A DNA stretch of 64,000 nucleotides from an uncultured bacterium. Lineage in GTDB: Bacteria > Patescibacteriota > Minisyncoccia > Phycocordibacterales > UBA918. Below, in pieces: positions 49,872 through 59,850 of this stretch (positions are counted from its first letter, which is position 1; every line of letters starts with the position of its first letter). The stretch lies in the NCBI GenBank assembly GCA_965652925.1, contig CBFGXL010000004.1:358-64357 (forward strand), read 5' to 3'. Below the pieces are notes generated by a model. That model was not told where the DNA came from, searched no databases, and was given only the letters and a program-made list of their open reading frames with translations. The translations under genes and the position numbers were made by a program.

Positions 49872-50408
49872 TTACCCAAAGAAGCGTGAACGGGTTCTCT
49901 GTTCCCACGAAGAAATGATCAGAGCCACATTCTCTTCCGGGGACTGTGTGCCGTCGATTTCCAGATCATATTTATTGAAAGTATGGATCGTCTCAAAGTC
50001 TTTACGCGCAGTTCCAAGCGGACGGTCACCTCTCTCTTTTTCCCGCCGCTCAAGTTCCTCAACAGGACAGTGTACGCCCACAAAAAAGAGATCGGTATCC
50101 TTGAGTATCTCAGACAGAAAGCTCTTCCATTCTTGATTTTCAATGATGTGTTCAACAATAAGATTATTGCCACTCTCAGCGTATGCTCGAAGCGAAAGAT
50201 GGAACCCCTTAAAAAATACCTCCCGGTGCTCTCCCCACTTGAATTCCCCTTGGGCAAATCTTTGGAGCGGCAAAACGCCCGCGTCACGAAGATGATCGAT
50301 TGAAATATGCCAAAAAGGCTCATCAATTTTAGATTGCAACAACTTTGCGATAGTTGACTTGCCTGAGCTCGTTGCTCCATGAAGCAAGATGATCTTTCCC
50401 GGCAACAT
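49872..50408 (-). CDS. Chloramphenicol phosphotransferase-like P-loop kinase
   Basis: IILLHGATSSGKST, RREKERGDR, YDLEIDGT. Confidence 0.85.
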   Translation of the reverse strand: MLPGKIILLHGATSSGKSTIAKLLQSKIDEPFWHISIDHLRDAGVLPLQRFAQGEFKWGEHREVFFKGFHLSLRAYAESGNNLIVEHIIENQEWKSFLSEILKDTDLFFVGVHCPVEELERREKERGDRPLGTARKDFETIHTFNKYDLEIDGTQSPEENVALIISSWEQRTRSRFFG

Positions 50409-50461
50409 CCCGAAAGTATAACAAAAGTGGAGGCAAATCCGCTTACGGCGGACTCACCCCG

Positions 50462-51016
50462 TTAAGCTTCAGCGGGTCTCACCATTTCAATAACTGGCAT
50501 GCCTTTAAAAAGAGGCATTTCTGCATCAGTCTTTTCAAATCCGTACTTGGTATAGAATCCGATCGCCGAAGTGTTAAAAGCAAATGCCTCTAAACGAGCA
50601 GGCTTATCTTTGTCGGCCCATGATAAAAATGTTTCCATGAGTTTGCCTCCCACCCCCGAGGCCTTGGCCTCATTCAGCAAATAAACAGCATCGAGCTCGG
50701 TATAGTCATCATGTTTAGACCCATGTAGAAAACCCACGATGTTCCCATCTTTATTTTTAACAACCCTGTAGAGAACTTTGTCTGGATCTGCCAAAGCTTC
50801 TTTGATCGTGTTTTTTCGGAAATCGGTATTGATCAGCAGATGCTTAAGCAGCTCATCAACCTTTTCTTCTGTGAGGCCGGATTCCTGGAGCACATATGTT
50901 TCTTTCCAAGCTTGTATATGCATGGGCGCCAAGGCAAGTTCATCTCCCACTTTTGGTAGTTCAATTTTGAATGTCGGTTCAGTTTCTACTGACATAGATT
51001 TTTCTAGCTCTTCCAT
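50462..51016 (-). CDS. GNAT family N-acetyltransferase
   Basis: AWKETY, SGVGGKLM, NTSAIGFYTKYGF. Confidence 0.88.
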   Translation of the reverse strand: MEELEKSMSVETEPTFKIELPKVGDELALAPMHIQAWKETYVLQESGLTEEKVDELLKHLLINTDFRKNTIKEALADPDKVLYRVVKNKDGNIVGFLHGSKHDDYTELDAVYLLNEAKASGVGGKLMETFLSWADKDKPARLEAFAFNTSAIGFYTKYGFEKTDAEMPLFKGMPVIEMVRPAEA

Positions 51017-51137
51017 AGATTTATTACATCACCGTGACAAAGAAATGTCGAGCCAATGCTCTGGTAGGAAATTGCCGCTGCACAAAAACAAATGCCGCCC
51101 AGTAGTGCCGGGGCGGCTTCGGTTTGTTCGTATTCAT

Positions 51138-51449
51138 TCAGGTCTCGCACAGTGCGTCGATCTCTTCAGATGGCGGGGGTTCAGGTGAAAGAACCGATTC
51201 GCCGAACCGAAGCTCAATGTTTGTGAGAATGCGCCTGATAATCTCCTCCGCCAGTTCAGCGTTCACGTCCTCGACTTTCTCGCCGCGGGCGTTCGCAAAC
51301 ATCTCGCAGAGGGTTCTGATGGCCTCTTTCTGCCCTTCTCTGTTACTCATTTCGTGGGCGAACGTAATGAGCTCTTCTTTTTGCCTATCTTTGACAAAAA
51401 GAGCAGCGGTTAACACCGCTGTGTTAATATCCCTCTGCAGCAGCGTCAT
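51138..51449 (-). CDS. Hypothetical protein
   Basis: 103 aa from MTLLQRD with SD AGGAGA; downstream hairpin. Confidence 0.6.
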   Translation of the reverse strand: MTLLQRDINTAVLTAALFVKDRQKEELITFAHEMSNREGQKEAIRTLCEMFANARGEKVEDVNAELAEEIIRRILTNIELRFGESVLSPEPPPSEEIDALCET

Positions 51450-51618
51450 GACGCTCTCCTGTGAGTTTGAGATGAAAAAGCCGCAATGCGGTCTGGCCAA
51501 TTTATACCATGTTATTTATAAAAGTCGAGCTAGCGTTCTGGGCGAGATTGGAACTTTTTAATACAAAAAGAACCCTTTGTTTAGACTCGCGGGTTCAAAC
51601 GAGTTATACATTTGCAGG

Positions 51619-52026
51619 TTAGTCGCGCAAGCGGAATCTCCGTTGCCGTTCAACACTGCGGAATTTGATGGCAACCTTCTTTTCCTCGGGTCTTGTCAGA
51701 GTAAGCACCCCCGCAGCTTTTCCGCACGAAAACGGAATGCCCCGCGATTGGTTCACCAGCAGACGAAACTCCGCTTTGAGTTCGCGATAAGGTGCAGGAG
51801 TCATTCGGTCTTTCACCCTAACACTGCAGGCGCCCTCGACAGTAATCTCATAGTCCTCATAGGCTGTGTCGAGCCGAATCCAAGAGATCTTCCTGTGCGA
51901 CCACCGCGGAGAGGTCGAGGCATCCGCCTCCTCTCCAGTGTCTCTGAGAAAGAACTCACGAATGAGCGCGTCGACCTTGCGAAGCGCTTCTTCTGTGTAG
52001 CGAGTCGTCTCAAAAGAATTTCCCAT
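51619..52026 (-). CDS. Hypothetical protein
   Basis: 135 aa with SD GGAG; own promoter-like region near 52082-52110; divergent from the candidate ncRNA. Confidence 0.55.
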   Translation of the reverse strand: MGNSFETTRYTEEALRKVDALIREFFLRDTGEEADASTSPRWSHRKISWIRLDTAYEDYEITVEGACSVRVKDRMTPAPYRELKAEFRLLVNQSRGIPFSCGKAAGVLTLTRPEEKKVAIKFRSVERQRRFRLRD

Positions 52027-52160
52027 TCACATTCTCCATCGCGGAAATGAGTGATATCAACCGACATCGCATCGGCACAATATTTATATCATAAATATTG
52101 AAAAAGTCAATATATTGCTGTCCATTGTCCATATGGGATGAAGTCGGGACTTTTGTAAAA

Positions 52161-52189
52161 TTGACAAATTGATATTCCGCATAGATACT
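52161..52189 (+). promoter_or_regulatory. sigma70-type promoter for the candidate ncRNA
   Basis: TTGACA (52161-52166), 17 nt, GATACT (52184-52189). Confidence 0.65.
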
Positions 52190-52197
52190 TCTTCTAA

Positions 52198-52578
52198 GTC
52201 TGAAGAGATAGGAAATCAAACGAGACTCCGGGAAGTAGGTGCCGTACCAAAAACCGGATCAGGCCAATTAGGAACCAGGTCTGCGCGAGAAGCTCCTCAT
52301 ACGTGAGTATTGGAGCACCATAGAGGGTACACAGTCCCGTATTGTGAGCAGGAAAGTTCAAACTGAGTAGGGGTAAGTTGCGGACAGACCCAACCCGAAA
52401 ATGGGGGCACGGTTTGCCTCCAAGCCTCAGGTCTCTTCAGACGGGGAGAAATTACACGTGCAAGCTTAAGCCGTTAGGTGTAGGCGCAGCGCAAGCGAGT
52501 TCCAACGCGGAGCGAACAAGTACGTTTCTCCCCTCAAACAAGCCGTGGTGGTCACTGATCACCACGGTTTTTCTTTTC
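52198..52578 (+). ncRNA. Candidate large structured ncRNA, family not recognised
   Basis: 12-bp helix 52198-52209/52431-52442, 9-bp helix 52443-52451/52525-52533, GNRA hairpins, terminator at 52540-52578, no credible ORF. Confidence 0.65.
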
Positions 52579-52700
52579 TGTGGCGCTCTGGGACGAAGCT
52601 TGAAATGTATGGGTATACATTTCAAGGAGGTTACCTGCTCTTTTGTTTAAAAAGAGCGATAACCTGTACTGAACATGTAATGTTGGAACTTTTTTTATCT

Positions 52701-53267
52701 TTATTGTGACTCACCGTCAGAATAAACAGCAATTCTGTCATCAATATATTTGCTTTGTCTTTTATAGGAAACAAGTAAGAAGATGAGCGCGAAAATAAAT
52801 ATCAATTCAGGGTTAATATTTGCAAAACTTTGGGACTCTGTATAAAGCTTCATAAAAAGCCAAACAGCTGGTGTTAGCACCACAACCGCTATAAGGGTTT
52901 TGTAGAGCTCCTTCATCATAACTAGTTTTTCAATAGTGATGTCCTTTTTAGAAGCAATGACATAGTCTCGGTACCAATTACTTTTCTTATTAGGATCCTG
53001 ATTTTTCTCCTTTTTTGATGAAGAAGAAAAGGTCTTGGAAAAATACATCATGATAAATGTCCCTACTCGGTTCGCAAACACACCCGCAATGAAATACAAG
53101 ACGAGTAGATTCACGATATCAAGCGTTTGAGGTGAATCGGGAGTAACATCAACCCCAGCAAAAGTTTCCAAGAGGAAAACAAAAAACACTCCAGGTATGA
53201 AGTGACATATCAAATTGTAGGATGAAACTGTTGAAAAATTGGCTGTGACCGACTCGGGAATATTCAT
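52701..53267 (-). CDS. Hypothetical membrane protein, AT-rich
   Basis: 188 aa, four TM helices, YNLICHFIPG; downstream of tRNA-Gln. Confidence 0.7.
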   Translation of the reverse strand: MNIPESVTANFSTVSSYNLICHFIPGVFFVFLLETFAGVDVTPDSPQTLDIVNLLVLYFIAGVFANRVGTFIMMYFSKTFSSSSKKEKNQDPNKKSNWYRDYVIASKKDITIEKLVMMKELYKTLIAVVVLTPAVWLFMKLYTESQSFANINPELIFIFALIFLLVSYKRQSKYIDDRIAVYSDGESQ

Positions 53268-53389
53268 AATTTTCTTGATTTAATTGAAGCTTTTACTCAG
53301 CCTCCTTACTGAGCAATATATACCCGAATAAAGCTTAACTATTTCCAAGCAACGAATTTGGGTTTTCGTCAAAAATTTGTACCCTGAGC

Positions 53390-53586
53390 TTCGAGTGCTT
53401 GGTGCAAAGCCTCCCAGGATTCGGTCACGAGTTACTAAGCCTTTTGCTCCAAGCGTTCACAAAAGTCTAAGTACTCTCGACCCCGGCTCGCAGGCCCAGA
53501 GGGTTCCCTGCTCCGCCTTTCGAGTCCTTGTACTCCGAGCAACGGCAAAGGCCGCAAACACTCACGTGTTTGCGGCCTGCCGATTG
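53390..53586 (-). repeat. tRNA-trailer element (module A) of tRNA-Gln
   Basis: 15-bp inverted repeat 53519-53533/53592-53606; module A core 53423-53486; closing T-arm copy 53416-53423; second degenerate anti-T copy near 53390. Confidence 0.85.
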
Positions 53587-53657
53587 CTGGGGTACAAGGA
53601 CTCGAACCTCGATACTCAGGACCAAAACCTGATGTCCTACCATTAGACGATACCCCA
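53587..53657 (-). tRNA. tRNA-Gln (TTG)
   Basis: Cloverleaf starting TGGGGTA; TCAGG-TTTTGGT-CCTGA. Confidence 0.95.
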
Positions 53658-53681
53658 ATATGCATCTGTACTGCAGCGTCA

Positions 53682-53810
53682 ATACTCAGGACCATTTCAT
53701 TACATGAACGGTTCAGGTTGTCGCTCTTTCTTCCAAAAAGAGCTGGCAACCTCCTTCAAGACTCCCCCGGACTCTTGAAGCCTGATGTCCTGCCATGAGA
53801 CGATACCCCA
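53682..53810 (-). pseudogene. Partial tRNA-Gln duplicate interrupted in the anticodon loop by module C
   Basis: 53781-53810 matches tRNA nt 1-30 at 28/30; 53682-53694 resumes TGGTCCTGAGTAT; no T-arm follows. Confidence 0.8.
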
Positions 53811-53918
53811 AGTGCAAGCGCAATACTAACGCACTGACACCACTATTTCAACCGGACTTCATGCGTTCTTCGGGGTCTGTCTGGTACACTATTTTCATTA
53901 ACATTAAGCACGAGCACT

Positions 53919-54281
53919 ATGGCTTACGTAGATGGTTTTGTATTGGTGGTCCCCAAAGAGAACAAGGCAGCATATAAGAAGATGGCAAAAGAAGGAGCAA
54001 AAGCCTGGAAGGAATTTGGCGCCCTTGAGTACAAGGAATGCCGGGCTGACGATATGACCCCCAACAATGTATTCTTCACTTTTCCCAAGATGGCCAAGGC
54101 AAAAGAAGGAGAAGAGGTGTGGTTCTCTTTTATTGTATTCAAGAATAAAGCTGAACGAAATGCGATCAACAAGAAAGTAATGGCGTATTTTGACAAGAAG
54201 TATGCAGGCAAAGACATGCCAATGCCATTTGACATGAAGCGCTTTGCATACGGCGGGTTCACTGTTGAAATCGAGGCATAG
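53919..54281 (+). CDS. DUF1428 (YbaA) family protein
   Basis: YVDGFVLVVP, GALEYKEC, MPFDMKRFAYGGF. Confidence 0.92.
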   Translation: MAYVDGFVLVVPKENKAAYKKMAKEGAKAWKEFGALEYKECRADDMTPNNVFFTFPKMAKAKEGEEVWFSFIVFKNKAERNAINKKVMAYFDKKYAGKDMPMPFDMKRFAYGGFTVEIEA

Positions 54282-54334
54282 CTCCATGGCCTCAACAAAA
54301 ATGCCGGCACAGCGCCGGCATTTTTTGTTTTTCT

Positions 54335-54622
54335 TTACCCACCCTTGCTTCTTTTGTAGCAGTCCAAGCACAGAAGGTTGCTCGTATCGCGCGGCGTAAA
54401 AGGAAGGCTTGTTATCGCTGTTCCGCAATTACTGCACTTCCAATCCCCCTCAACACGCGGGCGATCGCTTGTTGGAGTGGCGGCTCCTCCGCTCCCTTCC
54501 GCTCGCTTCTTTGCATGACACTCCCTGCACGTAAGTCCAGCAGTTGAGCGCGGTTCAAATGGCAGTTCGGTTATCGCCTTTCCGCACGTGCTGCACGTCC
54601 AATTTCCTTGAAATGTATTCAT
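54335..54622 (-). CDS. Tandem CxxC-x17-CxxC zinc-ribbon protein
   Basis: Two units of GxWxCSxCGxAITxLPFxPR...CxxC. Confidence 0.85.
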   Translation of the reverse strand: MNTFQGNWTCSTCGKAITELPFEPRSTAGLTCRECHAKKRAEGSGGAATPTSDRPRVEGDWKCSNCGTAITSLPFTPRDTSNLLCLDCYKRSKGG

Positions 54623-54682
54623 AAATTTCTAGTATACACCGCTGCTGTACAATTGCCTCCATTTTTGGAGTAAAATTACAGG

Positions 54683-55567
54683 GTGAGTTTGCTCAATCAG
54701 ACCAACCTCGAATTTATAAGGGAAAAGCTTTTCTCCTTCCCTATTGCCCTTTCGATTCTTTTACTGCTGCCGCCATTGGGCGTTGGGGACGCATACCTTA
54801 TTCTCGGGCACGCGCATTTTATGATGACTGCCTTGTACCAATACAAGATGGGCAGAATCACAAAATGGAGTATCGTTGCATATATCGGGCTTTTTGCACT
54901 CTTGTTCTTTATCGCTTACGAGATACCACAGGCTTTTACGCTCTTTGTTGCGATATCACTCTTGTTCCATGTATACCGAGGCGAGGCGCGGCACATTAAA
55001 AAGCCTTTTAGTCTGCCTTATCTTTTCATGACCTTGGGCATAGGCGCTCTTATTGGGACATGGCTCTCAGTTGAACTCTGGCAATTGGCCATCAACCCGC
55101 TGATCCCGCTTGTCTCTTCTGCGCTTTTGGTATTACTTGCGATCTATTTTTTCATACGCGAGCAAGGCAAGCAGGTAGAGCTTTTGTTTTACACCCTCGT
55201 TGTACTCTATCTCGTGTTCGTCTCTCTGGAATTTCTCGGCCTGCGGCCTTCTGGACTCCAAAGTTTCGGCTTTATTGTTATTGGTCATTATATGGCGACG
55301 TATTTCAACGTCTACCATAGCTTCACCCGCAAAGGTGAGGGCCGGCAGTGGATCTTTGTTTTAGAAAGTTTTGCTATGAATCTTCTCTTTCTGGCGGGCT
55401 ACCTATTTGTCTTCAATTTCCTTGGTACCGATAACGCCCTTTATGACTATGTCTACAACCCTATCTCATTCTATGTATGGACGCTCATGCACTTCATCAC
55501 GACCATGGATTTCAAAAAGTACAAAGAGCAAGTACTTGCGTATGCCCATGCGCGAAAAGGAGCGTGA
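54683..55567 (+). CDS. Hypothetical polytopic membrane protein
   Basis: About 9 TM helices with His residues (GHAHF, FH, GHY, MHF). Confidence 0.7.
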   Translation: MSLLNQTNLEFIREKLFSFPIALSILLLLPPLGVGDAYLILGHAHFMMTALYQYKMGRITKWSIVAYIGLFALLFFIAYEIPQAFTLFVAISLLFHVYRGEARHIKKPFSLPYLFMTLGIGALIGTWLSVELWQLAINPLIPLVSSALLVLLAIYFFIREQGKQVELLFYTLVVLYLVFVSLEFLGLRPSGLQSFGFIVIGHYMATYFNVYHSFTRKGEGRQWIFVLESFAMNLLFLAGYLFVFNFLGTDNALYDYVYNPISFYVWTLMHFITTMDFKKYKEQVLAYAHARKGA

Positions 55568-55568
55568 A

Positions 55569-57230
55569 CTATTTTGATTCGTAAGCTGCCTTCACAAATG
55601 CAGTAAACAGCGGATGTGGGTCCAACGGACGCGCGTGAAACTCTGGATGGAACTGCACACCCACGAAAAACGGATGCACATCCTTCGGAAGCTCCGAGAT
55701 CTCCATCAGGCGGTTGTCAGGAGACTTCCCTGAGAACACCCAGCCGGAGGCTTCAAGCTGGTCAATATACGCTGGGTTAACTTCATAGCGGTGGCGGTGG
55801 CGCTCACTGATCTCCTCTTTGCCGTACGCTTTTGCTGCGATTGAGCCTTTCTTCAAAAGCGCAGGGTATTCCCCGAGTCGCATGGTGCCGCCCATCTGCG
55901 ACTTCGCAATCTTCTCCTTCTGGTCAGGCATGACGTCGATAACCAAATGCTGTGCAGATGGCTCTATCTCGGCAGTTGAGACACTCTTGAGCTTAAGGAC
56001 GTTCTTTGCGTATTCCAAAACTGCAAGCTGCATGCCGTAGCAGATGCCGAAGTATGGGATCTTGTTCTTGCGGATGTACTCGATGACATTGAGCTTGCCG
56101 TCAATGCCAGTTGAACCAAAGCCTCCAGGAATAAGGATGCCGTCGAACGCCTTAAGCTCTTTGAGGTTCTTCTTGTCTGCAAAGCGCTGTGCGGGCAGAT
56201 AGGTGATAACCGGCTTCAAGCCAAGCTTGTACGTAGAGTACTTGATCGCCTCAAGGACCGAGATGTATACGTCCGAAAGGATGAAATCTCCTGAGTTGAA
56301 ATATTTGCCTACAACGGCGATCTTCACGGTGTCCTTGCCGTTCTTGGACTTTGCCACAAACTTCTTCCACTCCTCGAGGTTGGACTTCTTCTTCGGAAGA
56401 CCAAGGAGATCGCATAAACGGGCTGAGAGATCGTCTTTCTCGAAATTGACCGGCACGTCATACACGCTCGCAACGTCAGGAGCGGAGATAACGTGCTCAG
56501 GCTTCACGTTGCAGAACTGCGCGATCTTCTCTTTGCGCTTCTGATCAATAGGTACCGGAGCGCGTGCAAGGATGAAATCAGCGAAAACGCCGGCGCTATT
56601 AAGCGTACGTGATGCGTGCTGGGTGGGCTTGGTCTTCATCTCACCGATAGAGCCGGGGACCGGCAAGTAGCTTACCATCACAACAGCAACACCATTTGGA
56701 GTCTGTGACTTCATCATACGTACTGCCTCAAGGAAGAGGATGTTCTCGTATTCACCAATAGTGCCGCCTATCTCCACAATGACCACGTCCGCATGCGCGT
56801 GCTCCCCCGCTTTCTTGATGCGGGAAATGACCTCAAGCGGCACGTCCGGCACCACCTGCACATTCTTGCCTTTGTATTCAAGGTTGCGTTCTTTTTTGAT
56901 GACAGAGCTGTATACGCTTCCGGTGGTCATGTAGTTGATGTCCGGGATATCAACATTGAGGAAACGCTCATAGTTTCCCATATCCTGATCGGTCTCAAGG
57001 CCACCCTGCAAAACAAAAACCTCGCCGTGCTCGGTGGGGTTCATGGTGCCTGCGTCGACGTTGATGTAGGGGTCGATCTTCATGGCGGTTACGATGAGTC
57101 CCCGCGCCTGCAGTATCTTTGCAATTGATGATGATGCAACACCCTTTCCCACTCCCGACATAACACCGCCGACGACAAAGATGTATTTAGTTGTACTGGA
57201 TTTCTTTGATGCTGATTTCTTGCTTGCCAT
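55569..57230 (-). CDS. pyrG: CTP synthase
   Basis: GGVMSGVGKG, DPYINVDAGTM, GICYGMQ, ERHRHRYE, QFHPE. Confidence 0.98.
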   Translation of the reverse strand: MASKKSASKKSSTTKYIFVVGGVMSGVGKGVASSSIAKILQARGLIVTAMKIDPYINVDAGTMNPTEHGEVFVLQGGLETDQDMGNYERFLNVDIPDINYMTTGSVYSSVIKKERNLEYKGKNVQVVPDVPLEVISRIKKAGEHAHADVVIVEIGGTIGEYENILFLEAVRMMKSQTPNGVAVVMVSYLPVPGSIGEMKTKPTQHASRTLNSAGVFADFILARAPVPIDQKRKEKIAQFCNVKPEHVISAPDVASVYDVPVNFEKDDLSARLCDLLGLPKKKSNLEEWKKFVAKSKNGKDTVKIAVVGKYFNSGDFILSDVYISVLEAIKYSTYKLGLKPVITYLPAQRFADKKNLKELKAFDGILIPGGFGSTGIDGKLNVIEYIRKNKIPYFGICYGMQLAVLEYAKNVLKLKSVSTAEIEPSAQHLVIDVMPDQKEKIAKSQMGGTMRLGEYPALLKKGSIAAKAYGKEEISERHRHRYEVNPAYIDQLEASGWVFSGKSPDNRLMEISELPKDVHPFFVGVQFHPEFHARPLDPHPLFTAFVKAAYESK

Positions 57231-57250
57231 TGATTACAAATTACTATTTC

Positions 57251-58171
57251 CTAAACGTGCAGATACCTCGCGACGGCAAGTATGCTCGATGCCATGCCGA
57301 GCACAATGCCTGACCCCACGATAATGCCGAATATCCGTGCAAAATCTGAGACGAAATATTCAAAGAGATTGAACTGGAAGAAGGCCTGTGTCTCTGGTCC
57401 GATCCATAACACAAGCGGGTACAAGATAAGGAGCGCCAGCACGCCTGCTACCACGCCATACATGATCCCCTGCAGCATAAATGGCCCACGGATGAAGGTG
57501 TTGCTCGCTCCCACAAGACGCATAACCGCAATTTCTTCGCGGGAAGTGTAGATTGCCAGCCGGATAGTATTGAACGTGATCAGCACTGACGCAGAGACAA
57601 GTACGATCATCGTCACCCATGTCGAGCGCTCAACAGCACTGATGATGCTCGTGAGCTTATCAATCGCCTCCTTATTCTTCACGAAGTTGACTTCATCGAT
57701 AATCGGCTTCTGCGGATCCTCCGATGCCTGCTGATCACTTAAGAACTGAGCGATGCCCTCGTACTGCGAAGTCTCTTTTGCGCGGATAGACAGTGACGCA
57801 CCGAGCGGGTTGTCGCCAAGCTCCTCAAGTCCCTGCATGATTGTTTCATCGTTTTGATGACGCTCACTAAACTGTGCGAGTGCTTCTTCACGCGAGGTGA
57901 ATGTCACTTCTGCCACGTCCGGCAGCGCCTCAAGCGAAGATCGAAGCGCGTCTATGTCCGATTGCTCAGCGGTAGTAACAAAATAAACATTGATATCAAC
58001 TTTGCTTTGAATATTCTCAAGTGAAACAGCAAGCAGTTTATCAATCATCATTGTGGAACCGACCACAAACAGAGCGACAGTCATCACAAAAATGGCGGCA
58101 ATGGAAACAAACGCATTGCGCCAGAACCCCACAAAACCTGATCGTATTACGCGCTTGGTAGCTGTCCACAT
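57251..58171 (-). CDS. ftsX: Cell division permease FtsX
   Basis: FNTIRLAIYTSREEIAVMRLVGA...IRGPF; follows ftsE. Confidence 0.93.
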   Translation of the reverse strand: MWTATKRVIRSGFVGFWRNAFVSIAAIFVMTVALFVVGSTMMIDKLLAVSLENIQSKVDINVYFVTTAEQSDIDALRSSLEALPDVAEVTFTSREEALAQFSERHQNDETIMQGLEELGDNPLGASLSIRAKETSQYEGIAQFLSDQQASEDPQKPIIDEVNFVKNKEAIDKLTSIISAVERSTWVTMIVLVSASVLITFNTIRLAIYTSREEIAVMRLVGASNTFIRGPFMLQGIMYGVVAGVLALLILYPLVLWIGPETQAFFQFNLFEYFVSDFARIFGIIVGSGIVLGMASSILAVARYLHV

Positions 58172-58200
58172 AAAAAATAAATACTTGAAATTATCCCCTT

Positions 58201-58881
58201 TTACAAAACATATTTCCCTTCCTGGTCGTCGCGCACGATGCGTCCCTCATCCATGGTAATGACGCGTCGGCCGAGCTCATCAATGACCCCTTTGTTGTGC
58301 GTGGTCATAATGACTGTCGTGCCGAGGTCATTGATCTTTCTGAGGATCTGTACGACTTCGTAGGTAGCAATCGGGTCAAGATTGCCCGTAGGTTCATCGG
58401 CAATGATAATGTCCGGCTGGTTCACAATAGCCCGCGCGATCGCTACACGCTGTTTCTCTCCTCCTGAGAGCTCTCCAGGGAAATTCCAGATCTTATCCTC
58501 AAGATCAACCAGTGCCAAAGCCTGGGGCACATTCTCGCGAATCTCCTCGTCGCTACGGCCATTGGCTTCCATGGCGAACGCAATATTCTCATAAGCAGTC
58601 ATATGCGGGAGCAGCTTGAAATCCTGAAAGACGGTCCCGATCTTGCGGCGATATTTGGGAAGCTTTGTGCGAGGTATCTTGTGTATATCAAGCGACTCAA
58701 AAAAGACCTGCCCCTCTGTTGGCCTGTCTTCAGCAATAAGCATCTTCAGAAGCGTGGTCTTTCCTGCTCCTGAATGTCCCACAATAGAGACGAATTCTTT
58801 CGGGGCAACCTGAAACGATACACCTTGAAGTGCTATTGAACCTCCGTTGTACAGTTTCGATACATTATCGAAGTAGATCAT
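58201..58881 (-). CDS. ftsE: Cell division ATP-binding protein FtsE
   Basis: [39 protein letters not shown]. Confidence 0.95.
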   Translation of the reverse strand: MIYFDNVSKLYNGGSIALQGVSFQVAPKEFVSIVGHSGAGKTTLLKMLIAEDRPTEGQVFFESLDIHKIPRTKLPKYRRKIGTVFQDFKLLPHMTAYENIAFAMEANGRSDEEIRENVPQALALVDLEDKIWNFPGELSGGEKQRVAIARAIVNQPDIIIADEPTGNLDPIATYEVVQILRKINDLGTTVIMTTHNKGVIDELGRRVITMDEGRIVRDDQEGKYVL

Positions 58882-58972
58882 AAAAACAAAATGTTATGTA
58901 TTACCACCTTCCGTCCTTCCTGTACACGCAAAGATCCCTTGTGGTACTGCATCATAACTAACGCTTCCCATT

Positions 58973-59848
58973 TTACTTTAGTTCCGCACTCGCGTCTAGA
59001 AATAGCTGTATATCGCCATTCAAAACCGCGTCAATCTTTGCAGTTTCGGTGTTAGTTCGGTGGTCTTTTACCATCTGGTATGGATGGAGTACATAAGAGC
59101 GTATTTGGCTTCCCCACTCGATCTTGAGCGTTTTCTCAACAGAAAGTCCTTGCAGTTCCCGCTTGCGCTGTTCCTCATTGAACGCGAAGACCTTGCCGGC
59201 AAGAAGCGCCAGACCGCGCTCTTTGTTCTGCAACTGGCTGCGCTCGCTGGAGACATTGACGCTGATGTTTGTCGGTTTGTGCACAATACGCACTGCGGTT
59301 TCCCGCTTGTTGACGTTCTGTCCGCCGGCTCCGCCGGAGCGCGCAAAGCTCACCTCAATATCTTCTTCTGCAATGCCGATCTCGCCTGCGTTCGCCACTT
59401 TTGGCGACACTTCAACAAGTACAAATGAGGTCTGGCGTTTGCCATTGCTGTTAAATGGCGATATACGGACCAAACGGTGCACTCCTGATTCGTGCTGCAG
59501 CGTGCCGTACGCTTCACGGCCACCTATCTCAAAAGTGATATTGCGATAGCCGTTGTGGTCGTTCTGGTTGGAATCGATCTCCGACACACCCCATCCACGT
59601 TTTTCAGCGTATCTCTGATACATCTGAGTGAGCATGCGTGCGAAGTCTTCTGCGTCATCCCCTCCAGCTCCTGCAACAATAGTGACAATAGCATCATTGC
59701 GGTCGTACTTGCCCTTTCCTTCTTTGGCATCCTTCAGCTCCTCAAGCTCCTTGAACATAGCCTGTGCTTTCTGTGGGTCACTCCAAAAATCATTCTGCAG
59801 CATTGCATGTTCGATCTCGTCAATGCGTTTTTGAATATCTTCTTGCAT
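58973..59848 (-). CDS. prfB: Peptide chain release factor 2 (short form)
   Basis: [13 protein letters not shown] (SPF motif), [20 protein letters not shown]. Confidence 0.92.
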   Translation of the reverse strand: MQEDIQKRIDEIEHAMLQNDFWSDPQKAQAMFKELEELKDAKEGKGKYDRNDAIVTIVAGAGGDDAEDFARMLTQMYQRYAEKRGWGVSEIDSNQNDHNGYRNITFEIGGREAYGTLQHESGVHRLVRISPFNSNGKRQTSFVLVEVSPKVANAGEIGIAEEDIEVSFARSGGAGGQNVNKRETAVRIVHKPTNISVNVSSERSQLQNKERGLALLAGKVFAFNEEQRKRELQGLSVEKTLKIEWGSQIRSYVLHPYQMVKDHRTNTETAKIDAVLNGDIQLFLDASAELK

Positions 59849-59850
59849 GA

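Noticed and set aside
52198-52578. tmRNA, or the 90-aa ORF at 52378-52650, as explanation for the structured region
   Set aside because: No tRNA-like ends with a T-loop and CCA; the ORF starts with TTG, lacks a recognisable domain and runs through the terminator.
53377-53749. Short ORFs over tRNA-Gln and its trailer, and similar ones at 22852, 29579, 60574, 62474 and 37900
   Set aside because: They overlap tRNA, RNase P or repeat sequence and have no protein features.
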